DNA of 64,000 nucleotides. Source: an uncultured Chloroflexia bacterium. Its GTDB lineage: Bacteria; Chloroflexota; Limnocylindria; Limnocylindrales; CSP1-4. Each line of letters opens with the position of its first letter. Position 1 is the first letter of the stretch. The DNA is taken from contig CAWFBR010000004.1 in the NCBI GenBank assembly GCA_963814125.1, positions 44,766 to 108,765 of the forward strand, in the 5' to 3' direction. Below, piece after piece: positions 21,921-31,170 of this stretch. A program made the translations under genes and the position numbers. Under the pieces are notes generated by a model, which saw nothing but the letters and a program-made list of their open reading frames with translations, made no database searches and had not been told where the DNA came from.

Positions 21921-22322
21921 TCAGTACTCGACGACCCTCGGGAGCTTCTTGGCCTGCTCGATCCAAGCCGCGACCGTCTCCAGCGTGGGGAGGTGGCGGA
22001 CCAGGTTGCGGGCGGCGTTGGCCTCGGCCATTGTCTGGGTCAGGTTCTCGGCGTTGCGATAGGCCAGCTCCGGGACCGTGTCGACTCCGGCGACCTCGAG
22101 CAGGTCGGAGTACTCGGACCCGACGCCGTCGATGCGATAGAGATCCACGCGGTTGACCCACTTGAGAATCAGGACGCGGCCGATGTCGGTCGCCGCCTCC
22201 AACTCCTCGCGGCCCTTCTGGGTGGCTCCTCGCTCCAGCAGATCGTCGGTCGTCTTGACCCCGACCGCCTCGAGCTTCTCGCCGTAGACCGGACCGATCC
22301 CTTCGACGTCGACGATGTTCAT
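21921..22322 (-). CDS. DUF4332-like helix-hairpin-helix protein
   Basis: ATG 22322 preceded by GGAGG. MNIVDVEGIGPVYGEKLEAVGVKTTDDLL ... IDGVGSEYSDLLEVAGVDTV: two HhH-like repeats. Confidence 0.65.
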   Translation of the reverse strand: MNIVDVEGIGPVYGEKLEAVGVKTTDDLLERGATQKGREELEAATDIGRVLILKWVNRVDLYRIDGVGSEYSDLLEVAGVDTVPELAYRNAENLTQTMAEANAARNLVRHLPTLETVAAWIEQAKKLPRVVEY

Positions 22323-22432
22323 TCGGAGAGCCTCCAATGAGCGGTGCGGCGGACATCTGCCGAAGGGCGATTATGCGCCAGGAACGCGACGAGGGGCGCT
22401 GCGCGCGGTTCGGGGCCCCGGTGCCAAGATGT

Positions 22433-23908
22433 TCACGACGACCCGCGGCTTCGAGCGATCCATCGGGTGCCATACCGGAGAGCTCTCGGCGCCGGCCGGG
22501 CAAGCTCCCAGAGGGCGGCCGCGAGCAGGATGACCGTCCCAATCGCGAGGCACACGAAGTAGGGAACGGTATCGCCCGGGGCTGCCAGGATCTTGGCTGG
22601 CTCGGCAGAGAAGAGGACGAACGCGGCTATGGCAGCGATGTGGCGGCCACGGATCGGACCGCCCAGGAGATCGCCGGCCTGCGTCGGGCGGAGCAGATAG
22701 ACCAGCAGTGGCGTCAGCAGCAGGAAGTAGTGGTTCCACGCGAAGGGCGCGCCCAGGAGGGTGATCGCGACCGCGAGTCCCATCACCAGCACTTCCCTGC
22801 GCCAGCGATCTTCCTCGGCCCAGGTGCCTGAATCTGGATCAGGGTCGCCGTTATCGAGGCGATGCGTCGGCCCTCGGTAGGCTCGGGCGAGCACGACGGC
22901 TGCGAGAACCGAAAGTGATGCCATCATGACGGCGCTCAACAACGTGGCCGCACCGGAGTCGCCGCCGCCTGTGAGCGAGAGGATGATTGCCGGGACGCTG
23001 TTCTCGCGCCAGATGTAGTTCGGAGTCAGGGTGCGGAGAGCATCGATCCAGCCGAACCACGGCTCGACGGAGCCGAATCGCACGGCCGAGATAAGCACGC
23101 CGACAAGGGCGCCGGCCGCGAGCCCGGCCACCTGCAGCGACATGTCCCGGTACCGGCGGGCGAGCAGGAGCTCGACCCCGAGGAGCGGCACGATCAGGGC
23201 CAGGTTCGGTTTCGTGAGAATGGCAAACCCGAGGAGCGCCCCCGCGGCAATCGACCGGCGCGGCGTCACCGCGCCCCAGCGAAGCGCGAGGTAGCCCACG
23301 AGCATCGCGACCTGGATGGAGTTCACGTTCCCCCAGCCGAGATCCATGACCAGCGGCTCCGAGGTCCCGACGATCGCCGCGACCGCCAAAAGGCTGAGCG
23401 CAGGGCCGTACCTGAGGCGACGGCAGAGCCAGAACAGGGCCCCGATGACGCAGGCGAGGCTGACCGCCTCGAAGACGGTCGAATCCAGCTCGAAGTCTCC
23501 GGACTGGAGGTAGCCGAACAGGGCGTAGAGCAGGGGCGACCCGAGGTCCTGCGCGACCGGGAACCGCGAGGCGTCCGTCTTCTGGCGCGCCGAGGCGGAC
23601 GGGGAGGCGGCTGCGGCCTGGAAGCTCTGCCCCAGGGCTGCGCGAGCGGCGGGCGAGTAGATGTCCGTCTCGTGGAGGGTCGCAGCCCCGACCGCCCAGA
23701 ACTGGAAGAAGTCGCTCTGGTTGGCGCGCTCGTCGGTGATCCCCATGCGGAGAGTGTCGTATCGGACGTGGCCGCTCTCCCACGGCTGCAATCCGAAGAC
23801 CACGAGCAGCCCGACAGCAATCAAGGCCGCGAGGCTCGGGCGCGCCAGGGCGCGACCGGACCCCGGCCCGAACCGTCCGACCAACCGCGCGAGCAGCTCA
23901 GTCCTCAT
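22433..23908 (-). CDS. Polytopic membrane glycosyltransferase-like protein (GT87/DUF2029-like, GT-C fold)
   Basis: 491 aa with ~10 hydrophobic helices. An N-proximal loop (DFFQFWAVGAATLHETDIYS) resembles the DUF2029 acidic/aromatic motif. Confidence 0.5.
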   Translation of the reverse strand: MRTELLARLVGRFGPGSGRALARPSLAALIAVGLLVVFGLQPWESGHVRYDTLRMGITDERANQSDFFQFWAVGAATLHETDIYSPAARAALGQSFQAAAASPSASARQKTDASRFPVAQDLGSPLLYALFGYLQSGDFELDSTVFEAVSLACVIGALFWLCRRLRYGPALSLLAVAAIVGTSEPLVMDLGWGNVNSIQVAMLVGYLALRWGAVTPRRSIAAGALLGFAILTKPNLALIVPLLGVELLLARRYRDMSLQVAGLAAGALVGVLISAVRFGSVEPWFGWIDALRTLTPNYIWRENSVPAIILSLTGGGDSGAATLLSAVMMASLSVLAAVVLARAYRGPTHRLDNGDPDPDSGTWAEEDRWRREVLVMGLAVAITLLGAPFAWNHYFLLLTPLLVYLLRPTQAGDLLGGPIRGRHIAAIAAFVLFSAEPAKILAAPGDTVPYFVCLAIGTVILLAAALWELARPAPRALRYGTRWIARSRGSS

Positions 23909-24055
23909 GTCGCAGCCCGATAACGGATGGCGCGATGAATTGCAACGTCGCCTCCTGCGCTTGGATGCACGACTCTGCTACCATCAACCGTCGCGTCAGT
24001 CCGCCCAGTTTCGGCTGCCTGCCGCCCTCCATATGCAGCATAGAGGTCTTCGAAC

Positions 24056-24805
24056 TTGGCCAAGACGCCCCGAGGCTGGACCGGCGCCCGCACGCCGTCA
24101 GCGATCAAGCGGGTCCGCCAGGCACAGCGCCGGCGGGCCATCAATCAACCGCGCAGGAGCGCGGCGAAGACGTACGTCGCCAATGCGGTGAATGTCGCCG
24201 GCGGCGGGAACGAGGTCGAGACCGCCGCGGCCCTCGCGGACGCCATGAGCGCCCTCGACAAGGCCGCGAAGGTCGGAGCTATTCACCCGAACAACGCCGC
24301 TCGCCGCAAGTCGCGCCTCGTCCTGAAGCTCAACGCGCTGGCCGGCGGCGTGGCCGTCCAGACGACGGGTCGCGCCACGAAGACGACCGGCACGGCCGCG
24401 GCCGTGAAGGCCGCTCGGACGCGCATTGCCACTGCCAAGGCCACCAAAGCCAAGGGTCCGCAGACGGCGGCGGGCAAGGCCAAGGCCGCTCTCTCGAAGA
24501 CGGCTCGCGCGGAGGCCGCGTCCTCGCCGGCAGCCGTTGCGGCTCCGGTGAAGGCTGCCGCCACAACCGGCGCCAAAGCTCCGGCCAAGGCAACCACCAG
24601 GGCCGCGGCCAAGGCGGCCGCGAAGCCCGCCCCCAAGGCTGCGGCCAAGACCGCCGAGAAGCCGATCGCGAAGGCGGCCGCGAAGAGCGCCGCGAAGGCC
24701 CCGGCCAAAACGACCGCGAAGACCGCCGCGAAGGCGGCCGAGAAGCCCGCCCCCAAGGCTGCGGCCAAGGCCCCGGCCAAGTCTCCCGCACCAAAGAAGT
24801 CCTGA
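24056..24805 (+). CDS. rpsT: 30S ribosomal protein S20 fused to a ~150-aa Ala/Lys/Pro-rich (histone H1-like) C-terminal tail
   Basis: TTG start with AGAGG 10 nt upstream. S20 core: SAIKRVRQAQRRRAINQPRRSAAKTYV..ALDKAAKVGAIHPNNAARRKSRL. The tail is AKAAAKPAPKAAAKTAEKP... through to the stop. Confidence 0.85.
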   Translation: MAKTPRGWTGARTPSAIKRVRQAQRRRAINQPRRSAAKTYVANAVNVAGGGNEVETAAALADAMSALDKAAKVGAIHPNNAARRKSRLVLKLNALAGGVAVQTTGRATKTTGTAAAVKAARTRIATAKATKAKGPQTAAGKAKAALSKTARAEAASSPAAVAAPVKAAATTGAKAPAKATTRAAAKAAAKPAPKAAAKTAEKPIAKAAAKSAAKAPAKTTAKTAAKAAEKPAPKAAAKAPAKSPAPKKS

Positions 24806-24878
24806 GCCGGACCCTTTCGATTCAGAGCCAATGCGGGGCCAGGTCGTTTGACCTGGCCCTCGTGATTCGGAGGCCGAC

Positions 24879-25541
24879 GTGTCCGACCCCAGGGCCCGAG
24901 CCCGAGAGCTAGCCAGGAACGCGATAGCCCAGGGAGACCCAACCGGCTGGTTCGAGCAGCTGTACGCGGAATCGGAGCGCGACGGCTTCGCCATCTCCTG
25001 GGTGGACCTCGCCCCGAATCCCTACCTCGTCGCGTGGCTCGACCGGCAATCCACGCCGCCGCGTGGCCGCGCCCTTGTCGTCGGCTGCGGCTACGGTGAC
25101 GATGCCGAGTTCCTCGCCGACCGCGGGCTGGACGTCACGGCCTTCGACATCGCGCCTTCGGCCGTGGCTCGGTGCCGGAACCGCTTCCCGGACTCGCGCG
25201 CCCACTACCTGGTCGCCGACGCGCTCACGCCACCGGCCGATTGGGTGGCTGCCTTCGACTTCACATTCGAGGCCTACACGATCCAGGTTCTCTCAGGCGA
25301 GGCTCGCACGGCGTGCGCCATTTCGATCGGACACCTCGTCGCTCCGGGCGGAAGGCTGCTCGTGGTTGCCCGGAGTCGTAGCCAGAACGACCCCGTCGGG
25401 GCCATGCCGTGGCCGCTGACCCGTGCGGAGCTTGACGCCTTCGGCGGGCCGCGCCTGAATCTGGCCTCGCTGGAGGAGCTGGTGGAGCCCGGAGATCCGC
25501 CCGTGCCGAGGTTCGTAGCGGAGTTCGTCGCGCGCGCGTAG
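24879..25541 (+). CDS. Class I SAM-dependent methyltransferase
   Basis: 220 aa, GTG start. Motif I ALVVGCGYGDDAEFLA, then DVTAFDIAP. Confidence 0.8.
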   Translation: MSDPRARARELARNAIAQGDPTGWFEQLYAESERDGFAISWVDLAPNPYLVAWLDRQSTPPRGRALVVGCGYGDDAEFLADRGLDVTAFDIAPSAVARCRNRFPDSRAHYLVADALTPPADWVAAFDFTFEAYTIQVLSGEARTACAISIGHLVAPGGRLLVVARSRSQNDPVGAMPWPLTRAELDAFGGPRLNLASLEELVEPGDPPVPRFVAEFVARA

Positions 25542-25819
25542 CAGTCGAGCCGCAGCTCCGAGCTACGGAGTGCGCTTCGAAGCCGGCCGTGCGAAGTTCG
25601 CGTCCATCAAGCACTTCCTAAGCCGATCTTCACGTTCGGACCGGCGGTGCTCGCCGCTGCACCGAACCTCCACGCAGCCTCCATACACGCTCCACCGACA
25701 GTCCGCCACGGCTGCCCAGACTCTCACCAGACCGAACGGCCGGAGGTCAGACCTGTAACGAGGCAATGCGGTCGGGGATCCCAAAGAACTCGGGCTCGGT
25801 CTGCACCAGGAGGTTACCG

Positions 25820-26218
25820 ATGAGCACGATCCATCGCGTCGGTCTGACGATCGCGGGAGTCGTCGCCCTTCTTCTCATGGCCGGCGCATTCGTCGTCCAG
25901 GGCTTCACGAGCGCCCAGGCAGAGGCCGCCCAGGCGACTGACCAACAGGCGACCGCATCGGAGACCCCGTCCGTAACTCCCACGGCCGAGACCACACTCG
26001 AGCCGCAGATCATCTACGTCGAACCGCTGCCGACGCCGGCCCCCGTCAAGAGGACAAACGTGGCCCCGGCCGTCGTCGTCTCCCAACCCCAGCCGGCACA
26101 AGCCACGCCGCCTGCGCCCCCGCAGCCGACCGAGCCACAGGCGACCCCGCCCGTGATCCACATCGTCGTCACGGCTCCACCCGGCCATGGCGACGACAAC
26201 GGCGGTGGGGACGACTGA
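25820..26218 (+). CDS. Hypothetical membrane-anchored Pro/Thr/Ala-rich protein
   Basis: ATG 25820 preceded by AGGAGG. Signal-anchor LTIAGVVALLLMAGAFVV, then a low-complexity PTPAP/PQP region and an acidic GGGDD end. Confidence 0.55.
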   Translation: MSTIHRVGLTIAGVVALLLMAGAFVVQGFTSAQAEAAQATDQQATASETPSVTPTAETTLEPQIIYVEPLPTPAPVKRTNVAPAVVVSQPQPAQATPPAPPQPTEPQATPPVIHIVVTAPPGHGDDNGGGDD

Positions 26219-26751
26219 TGGAAGCGCACCCTCCCGTCACCAGGGTCCCGGCCGCGGGCCACGCTCCCAAGGCCAAGCCGGATGCCCGACCGATGAGGCT
26301 GGCCCTCGGCGCCGGAGGGCTGGCCGCTCTCTCCGCCCTGGCAACGGCGATCGTCCTACCGCCACGCACGGTGACCCAGACATCGGTCGTAGTGCTCCAG
26401 CAAGCGACCGATACCGCTTCGCCCGCTGACACGCCCACGGGCACGCCGCTCGGGTCCGACCGTCCCGTCCGCTACGTCCAGCTCCTGCCGGGCCAGACCG
26501 CGCCTCCGGGCGCGTCCGTGATACCGGCACCCACGCCGACACCCGGGACCGTGGTTGTGAACGTCCCGCCACCGGGCCAGAAGCAAACCGTGAAGAACCC
26601 GCCGGCACAGAACCCGCCGGCACAGAACCCGCCGGCACAGCAGGCCACGCCAGCTCCGGCGCCCGTCCAGGCGACGCCTGCGCCGCCGCCACCGCCCAAG
26701 CCGACGCCGATAATCGTGAAGACGACGCAATCGGGCAAGGTCGTCCCATGA
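26218..26751 (+). CDS. Hypothetical membrane-anchored Pro-rich protein
   Basis: 177 aa. TGATG junction with the upstream ORF and ATGA overlap with apbE. TM LALGAGGLAALSALATAIVL. Contains NPPAQ x3. Confidence 0.55.
   Translation: MEAHPPVTRVPAAGHAPKAKPDARPMRLALGAGGLAALSALATAIVLPPRTVTQTSVVVLQQATDTASPADTPTGTPLGSDRPVRYVQLLPGQTAPPGASVIPAPTPTPGTVVVNVPPPGQKQTVKNPPAQNPPAQNPPAQQATPAPAPVQATPAPPPPPKPTPIIVKTTQSGKVVP
26596..26640 (+). repeat. 3 x 15-bp perfect tandem repeat (AACCCGCCGGCACAG) encoding NPPAQ x3
   Basis: Read directly from the sequence; lies in frame inside CDS 26218..26751. Confidence 0.95.
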
Positions 26752-27758
26752 TCGGCGCAGTGCAGGCCAGGCCGGACGGCTACCTGCGGCCCGGCCCGCA
26801 GCCCGAGCCGATCGTGCCAGTCAGCCTCTTCGCGAGATCGATGGGTGGACGGCTCGTGGTCCACCTCGATGCAGACGGGAGGCCCGTCGATGCCGAGCGG
26901 TCCAGCCGGCAGGTGGTCGCGCGCATCGACCGCTGGGCAGCGAAGCTGACCCGATACACGGACGAGTCCGACCTCTCCATGCTGAACGCGGACCCGAAGC
27001 CCGAGGTCTCGATCGGGCCAACGCTCGCCGCCGCGCTACGGGCCGGCCAATCCGCCTGCGAGACGAGCGAGGGGCTGGCGGATATCACGTTGCTCGACGC
27101 CCGTCTCGCGGCGGAGGGCGGATCCGATGGGGCCAACCCCGCATCGCGCTCGACCGCCTCGCGAGCGTTGGCCTCGCGCGAGGGGGAGTGGCTGATCTCG
27201 CGCGGTCGCCGCGGCTCCGCCGTCGTCCGCCGGCCGCCCGGCCTCCGGTTCGATCTGGGCGGCGTCGGCAAGGGCTGGATCGCCGACCGCGCCCTGGAGA
27301 TGCTGACGGACTGGCGCAGCGCCGTGATAGACGCCGACGGCGACCTGGCCATTCGTTGCGCTCCCGGGAGGTATTGGGAGGTGGCCATCGAGGATCCCAG
27401 GACCCCGGACGCGGACCTGGCCGTCCTGCGCCTGGGGACGCCCGCCGGCGGTTCCCCGGAGCGCTGGGGAGTGGCGACGTCCGGTGTCTCGATCCATCGC
27501 TGGGAAGTTGACGGCCAGGTGCGCCACCACCTGATCGACCCGAGGACCGGCTCCCCGGCCGAGACCGACGTCGTCCAGGCCACGGTCGTGGCCGGGTCTT
27601 CTCTTCGGGCCGAGGCCCTGGCGAAGGCCGCAGTCATCGCCGGGACCGTCGAAGGCTTCGCGCTCCTGGATCGGGCCCGAGTTCGCGGCGCGCTGCTCCT
27701 GACGGGCCGGGGTGAGGTCCTGGCGCTGCCTTCGACCCTGCAGTTGATGGCCGGCTGA
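26748..27758 (+). CDS. apbE: FAD:protein FMN transferase (ApbE family)
   Basis: 336 aa: FDLGGVGKGWIADRA, VIDADGDLA, GVATSGVSIHRW, HHLIDPRTG. No signal peptide or lipobox is visible at the N-terminus. Confidence 0.85.
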   Translation: MIGAVQARPDGYLRPGPQPEPIVPVSLFARSMGGRLVVHLDADGRPVDAERSSRQVVARIDRWAAKLTRYTDESDLSMLNADPKPEVSIGPTLAAALRAGQSACETSEGLADITLLDARLAAEGGSDGANPASRSTASRALASREGEWLISRGRRGSAVVRRPPGLRFDLGGVGKGWIADRALEMLTDWRSAVIDADGDLAIRCAPGRYWEVAIEDPRTPDADLAVLRLGTPAGGSPERWGVATSGVSIHRWEVDGQVRHHLIDPRTGSPAETDVVQATVVAGSSLRAEALAKAAVIAGTVEGFALLDRARVRGALLLTGRGEVLALPSTLQLMAG

Positions 27759-27768
27759 GGAGATCTGG

Positions 27769-28704
27769 ATGTTCGCCGACAGAGACCCCGGAGCCGCCCA
27801 CGAGATCGTGACGTTCCCGACGACCCGGCCGCTTCTGCCCGAAGCCAGGCCGGCCCCGCCCGGATCCAGGCCGCTTTCTCGGCTCCCGGCCCGACCCGTC
27901 CCGATCTTCCGAGGCTTGCCAAAGCCGGTCCGGATCCTGAGCTGGGTGGTGCTGTCGCTGGTCGTCGGCGTCGTCGTGGGAGCCACCGCGCCCACGGCTT
28001 TGCGCCGTATCGGGGCGGTGGCTGCGCTTCAACCCGGGTTGCTCGACTGGTACGCGGTGCGCGCCATGGGCTTCCTCGCGTACGGAGTGCTGGCTGCGTC
28101 CGTGCTGTACGGCCTGCTGCTCTCAACCAAGATCCTCGACGCCATCGCCCACCGCCCGGTGAGCTTCGCCCTGCACAAGGACCTGGCCATAGTGGCGCTG
28201 CTGTTCGCCGCGCTGCATGGGGCGCTGCTGGTGGCCGATCAGAGCTTCGACTTCACTCCTCGCGCCATCCTGGTTCCGTTCGCCTCGCCCTACTCCCCGA
28301 TCTGGGTCGGGATCGGGCAGCTGACCTTCTACGCGACGGCGATCGTGACCGCCAGCTTCTACGTCCGCCGCCAGATCGGCCAGCGCGCATGGCGCATCCT
28401 CCATTACGTAACGTTCCTCGCCTTCATCGGCGCGTCCGCTCACGGCTTCGCCTCGGGTTCGGACAGTGCCAGTCCGTGGGCCTTCTGGGCCTACTTGATC
28501 CCAGTGACGGCGACGATCTTCCTCCTCACCTACCGCATCGTCGTCAGCGTGGCCACTGGAGCACATCCCTCCCGAGTCGAGCGGGCCGGCACCCTCGAGG
28601 TTCCCACCGGACCTCGAGGCCCGCTCGACCGCCCCGGCACCGGTCTCTATTACGCGCCCTCGGCTGCGTCCGATCGCGCCACTGCCGAGCCGATCGGCGA
28701 ATGA
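27769..28704 (+). CDS. Ferric-reductase-like (MsrQ/FRD-type) di-haem transmembrane protein
   Basis: 311 aa, AGGAG SD. Two His pairs in TM helices: HKDLAIVALLFAALH (13 residues between the His) and HYVTFLAFIGASAH (12 between), the spacing typical of bis-haem b ferric-reductase domains. No fused FAD/NAD domain. Confidence 0.7.
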   Translation: MFADRDPGAAHEIVTFPTTRPLLPEARPAPPGSRPLSRLPARPVPIFRGLPKPVRILSWVVLSLVVGVVVGATAPTALRRIGAVAALQPGLLDWYAVRAMGFLAYGVLAASVLYGLLLSTKILDAIAHRPVSFALHKDLAIVALLFAALHGALLVADQSFDFTPRAILVPFASPYSPIWVGIGQLTFYATAIVTASFYVRRQIGQRAWRILHYVTFLAFIGASAHGFASGSDSASPWAFWAYLIPVTATIFLLTYRIVVSVATGAHPSRVERAGTLEVPTGPRGPLDRPGTGLYYAPSAASDRATAEPIGE

Positions 28705-28745
28705 TCGACCGCCCGGCTCGATGCACAGCACCCAGGAGGTTTCAC

Positions 28746-29042
28746 ATGGCTTACGTGATCGCGGAACCCTGTATCGACAACAACGACCAGTCGTGCGTGG
28801 CGGTGTGCCCGGTGGACTGCATCTCCGCAGACCCGGCGATCGACCGCAAGTTCTACATCGATCCCTCCGACTGCATCGATTGCGGATCTTGCGAGCAAGC
28901 CTGCCCGAATCAGGCGATCTTTCCGGAAGCCCAGCTACCCAGCGAGTGGGCCGTCTTCGCCCGAGTAGACGCGACCTGGTACGTCAATCCGGACGCGGCC
29001 CGAGCGGCAATCGAGGGCTATCGCCCCACAGCAGCAGCTTGA
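28746..29042 (+). CDS. fdxA: 7Fe ferredoxin ([3Fe-4S][4Fe-4S], FdxA type)
   Basis: ATG 28746 preceded by AGGAGG. MAYVIAEPCIDNNDQSCVAVCPVDCI ... CIDCGSCEQACP. Confidence 0.9.
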   Translation: MAYVIAEPCIDNNDQSCVAVCPVDCISADPAIDRKFYIDPSDCIDCGSCEQACPNQAIFPEAQLPSEWAVFARVDATWYVNPDAARAAIEGYRPTAAA

Positions 29043-29136
29043 CGCCTTCTCGGTGAGCGCTTCGGAGACGGACCCGCAGCCACTCCCGCCCACATCGTGG
29101 TTCCGTCCTTGGGCCGACTCCACTATCGTTGCGGCC

Positions 29137-29868
29137 ATGACGTCGCGAATCCTCGTCGCGGATGACGAGCCGCATATACGCGAGGTAATCCGCGCCTATC
29201 TGGAGCGTGAGGGTTACGACGTCCTCGAGGCATCCGACGGCGAGACGGCGCTGGAGCACGGCCGGAGTGCCGGCCTCGATCTACTGATCCTCGATGTCAT
29301 GCTCCCGGGCAGATCGGGGTTCGACGTCCTGCGCGTCCTGCGAAGCGAAGGTTCGAGCGTCGGGGTTCTCATGCTGACGGCTCGCGACGACGTAATCGAC
29401 CGGGTCGCCGGACTGGAGCTCGGAGCCGACGACTACGTCGTCAAGCCGTTCGAGCCGCGCGAGGTCGTGGCTCGCGTCGGGGCCATCCTTCGGCGCTTCG
29501 GAAGGACGACAACGGTGCCGCCTGCTCCCGGATCGGAGGGACCCCCCGCCATACCGTCGGCGGCGTTCTTCGATCTGAAGATCGATCTGGAGACTCGAGA
29601 CGTGACGCGGGCCGGCGCCAGCCTGCCGCTCACCCGAACCGAGCTGGACGTGCTGGCCGCCCTGGCGGAACAGCCGGGTCGCGTGTGGACTCGCGAGCAC
29701 ATCGGGCAACGGGTCTTCGGCGAGTCGTTCGACATCTACGACCGGACGATCGACAGCCACGTGAAGAACCTGCGGGCCAAGCTGGGCGTCCGACCGGACG
29801 GGGGCCCGTACGTAGAAACGGTTCGAGGCGTCGGTTACCGAGCCGCCCGACCGCCGGACGCGGCCTAG
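29137..29868 (+). CDS. OmpR-family response regulator
   Basis: ATG 29137: RILVADDEPHIREV..DLLILDVMLPG..LTARDD..GADDYVVKPF, followed by a winged-helix LTRTELDVLAAL..GVGYR. Confidence 0.92.
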   Translation: MTSRILVADDEPHIREVIRAYLEREGYDVLEASDGETALEHGRSAGLDLLILDVMLPGRSGFDVLRVLRSEGSSVGVLMLTARDDVIDRVAGLELGADDYVVKPFEPREVVARVGAILRRFGRTTTVPPAPGSEGPPAIPSAAFFDLKIDLETRDVTRAGASLPLTRTELDVLAALAEQPGRVWTREHIGQRVFGESFDIYDRTIDSHVKNLRAKLGVRPDGGPYVETVRGVGYRAARPPDAA

Positions 29869-29882
29869 CACCGGGAGGGGAG

Positions 29883-31082
29883 ATGAGCCTGCGCTGGCGG
29901 ATAGCCCTTGGTTTCGCGCTGGTGGCTCTGGCCACGGCGGCGGTCATCGCCCTCGCCACGCCGCCCATCGTCAGCCAGGGATTCTCGGACGTGGACCTGG
30001 ATAACGACGGGCCGGCGGTGTCGGCCACGGCGCAGGCCACCGTGGAGCCCGGAGAGGATTCCGCCGACGCGGGCGCCACCGCCACCCTGTCCGCCGTCGT
30101 GCCGAGTTCGACTGGCTTAACACCCACCGGGCAGGCCCAGGAGACGACGATCTTGCGCCTGCTGCTGGCCGCGGCCGGCGCGGCAATCGCGGCCTCCCTC
30201 TTGGGGTTGCTGGCAGCCGGCCGCCTGGTCCGCCCACTCACTCGTCTGGAGGAAGCCGCCGTCGCCGTGGCCCACGGCAATCTGGGGGGACGATCCGGCC
30301 TGGCCGAGCGCAGCGATGAGTTCGGCCAGCTGGGCAGAACGTTCGATTCCATGGCCGGCCAGCTCCAGCTCGCGGAAGAGACGCGCCGGAACTTTCTGCA
30401 GGATGCAGCCCACGAACTCAAGACGCCGCTGGCGGTGATCGACGCCACTTCCAGCGCCATTCTCGACGGCGTCTACACGCCCGAGCGGCGCCACATCGAG
30501 ACGATCCGCGATCAGTCGCGCGTTCTGGCGAGAATCGTCGACGACCTGCGCACGATAAGCCTGGCCGAGGGCGGGAACCTGCCGTTGAACAAGCGGCCAC
30601 AGGACTTGAGGCAAGTGCTCAATTCGGTCGCGGCCGGCTTCGAAGCCCGGGCCGCAGCCGATCAGATCGGGTTGTCGGTCCAGGCGCCCCACGGGATCGT
30701 CGTCGAGGCGGACCCGGATCGGTTGCGACAGATGCTGGGCGCCCTGGTCGACAACGCCCTGCGACACACGCCGGCGGGCGGCGCGGTGCGATTGGTAGGG
30801 TCGGCGTCCATGACAGCCGTCAGGACGGGATCTCCGAGACCGGTGGTGCGGTTGGCCGTCGAGGACACGGGCCCGGGCATCCCCGAGGACGCGCTCGCGC
30901 GCATCTTCGAGCGCTTCTTCCAGGCCGACCCGTCGCGCAGCCGCGGCACCGGCACGAGCGGGCTTGGGCTCTCGATAGTCCGGGCCCTGGCCGAAGCCCA
31001 CGGCGCGCGGGTCGGGGCAGAGAACCGGGTCGAAGGCGGGGCGCGGCTCTGGGTCGAACTGCCGGCCGTCCGTCTGGCCTGA
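29883..31082 (+). CDS. Sensor histidine kinase (TM-HAMP-HisKA-HATPase)
   Basis: ATG 29883. N-terminal TM, HAMP (LTRLEEAAVAVAHGNLG), H-box FLQDAAHELKTPL, N/G boxes DNALRHT and DTGPGI..GTGTSGLGLSIV. Confidence 0.9.
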   Translation: MSLRWRIALGFALVALATAAVIALATPPIVSQGFSDVDLDNDGPAVSATAQATVEPGEDSADAGATATLSAVVPSSTGLTPTGQAQETTILRLLLAAAGAAIAASLLGLLAAGRLVRPLTRLEEAAVAVAHGNLGGRSGLAERSDEFGQLGRTFDSMAGQLQLAEETRRNFLQDAAHELKTPLAVIDATSSAILDGVYTPERRHIETIRDQSRVLARIVDDLRTISLAEGGNLPLNKRPQDLRQVLNSVAAGFEARAAADQIGLSVQAPHGIVVEADPDRLRQMLGALVDNALRHTPAGGAVRLVGSASMTAVRTGSPRPVVRLAVEDTGPGIPEDALARIFERFFQADPSRSRGTGTSGLGLSIVRALAEAHGARVGAENRVEGGARLWVELPAVRLA

Positions 31083-31170
31083 CGCGGGGCTCGACGCCGG
31101 GCCTCCGGAGGCTCAATATCTCCGCAGCGAACAGGCCGGACACCCACTACCACAACCAGGGGAGGACGCC

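Noticed and set aside
24098-24994. Several 150-300-aa minus-strand ORFs across the rpsT tail
   Set aside because: These are reverse-complement reading frames of the GCC/AAG-rich repeat and give Gly/Arg/Leu repeats. The plus-strand frame is contiguous with a bona fide S20 core.
25820-26751. The two Pro-rich anchored proteins as ApbE flavinylation substrates
   Set aside because: Neither protein has a D-x-x-[ST]-G-A-[ST] motif or an FMN_bind-like domain. TTQSGK at the C-terminus of the second does not fit the motif.
26700-26760. Frameshift fusion of the TM/Pro-rich ORF to ApbE, which would give an anchored ApbE
   Set aside because: The junction is a clean ATGA overlap, and the ApbE frame upstream of its ATG reads ..AQADADNREDDAIGQGRP, which is not linker-like. 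No positive evidence for a fusion.
28389-28745. Upstream 119 codons of the ORF containing the ferredoxin
   Set aside because: It overlaps the ferric-reductase-like gene in another frame. The ferredoxin has its own AGGAGG-ATG at 28746 and the canonical MAYVIAEPC start.
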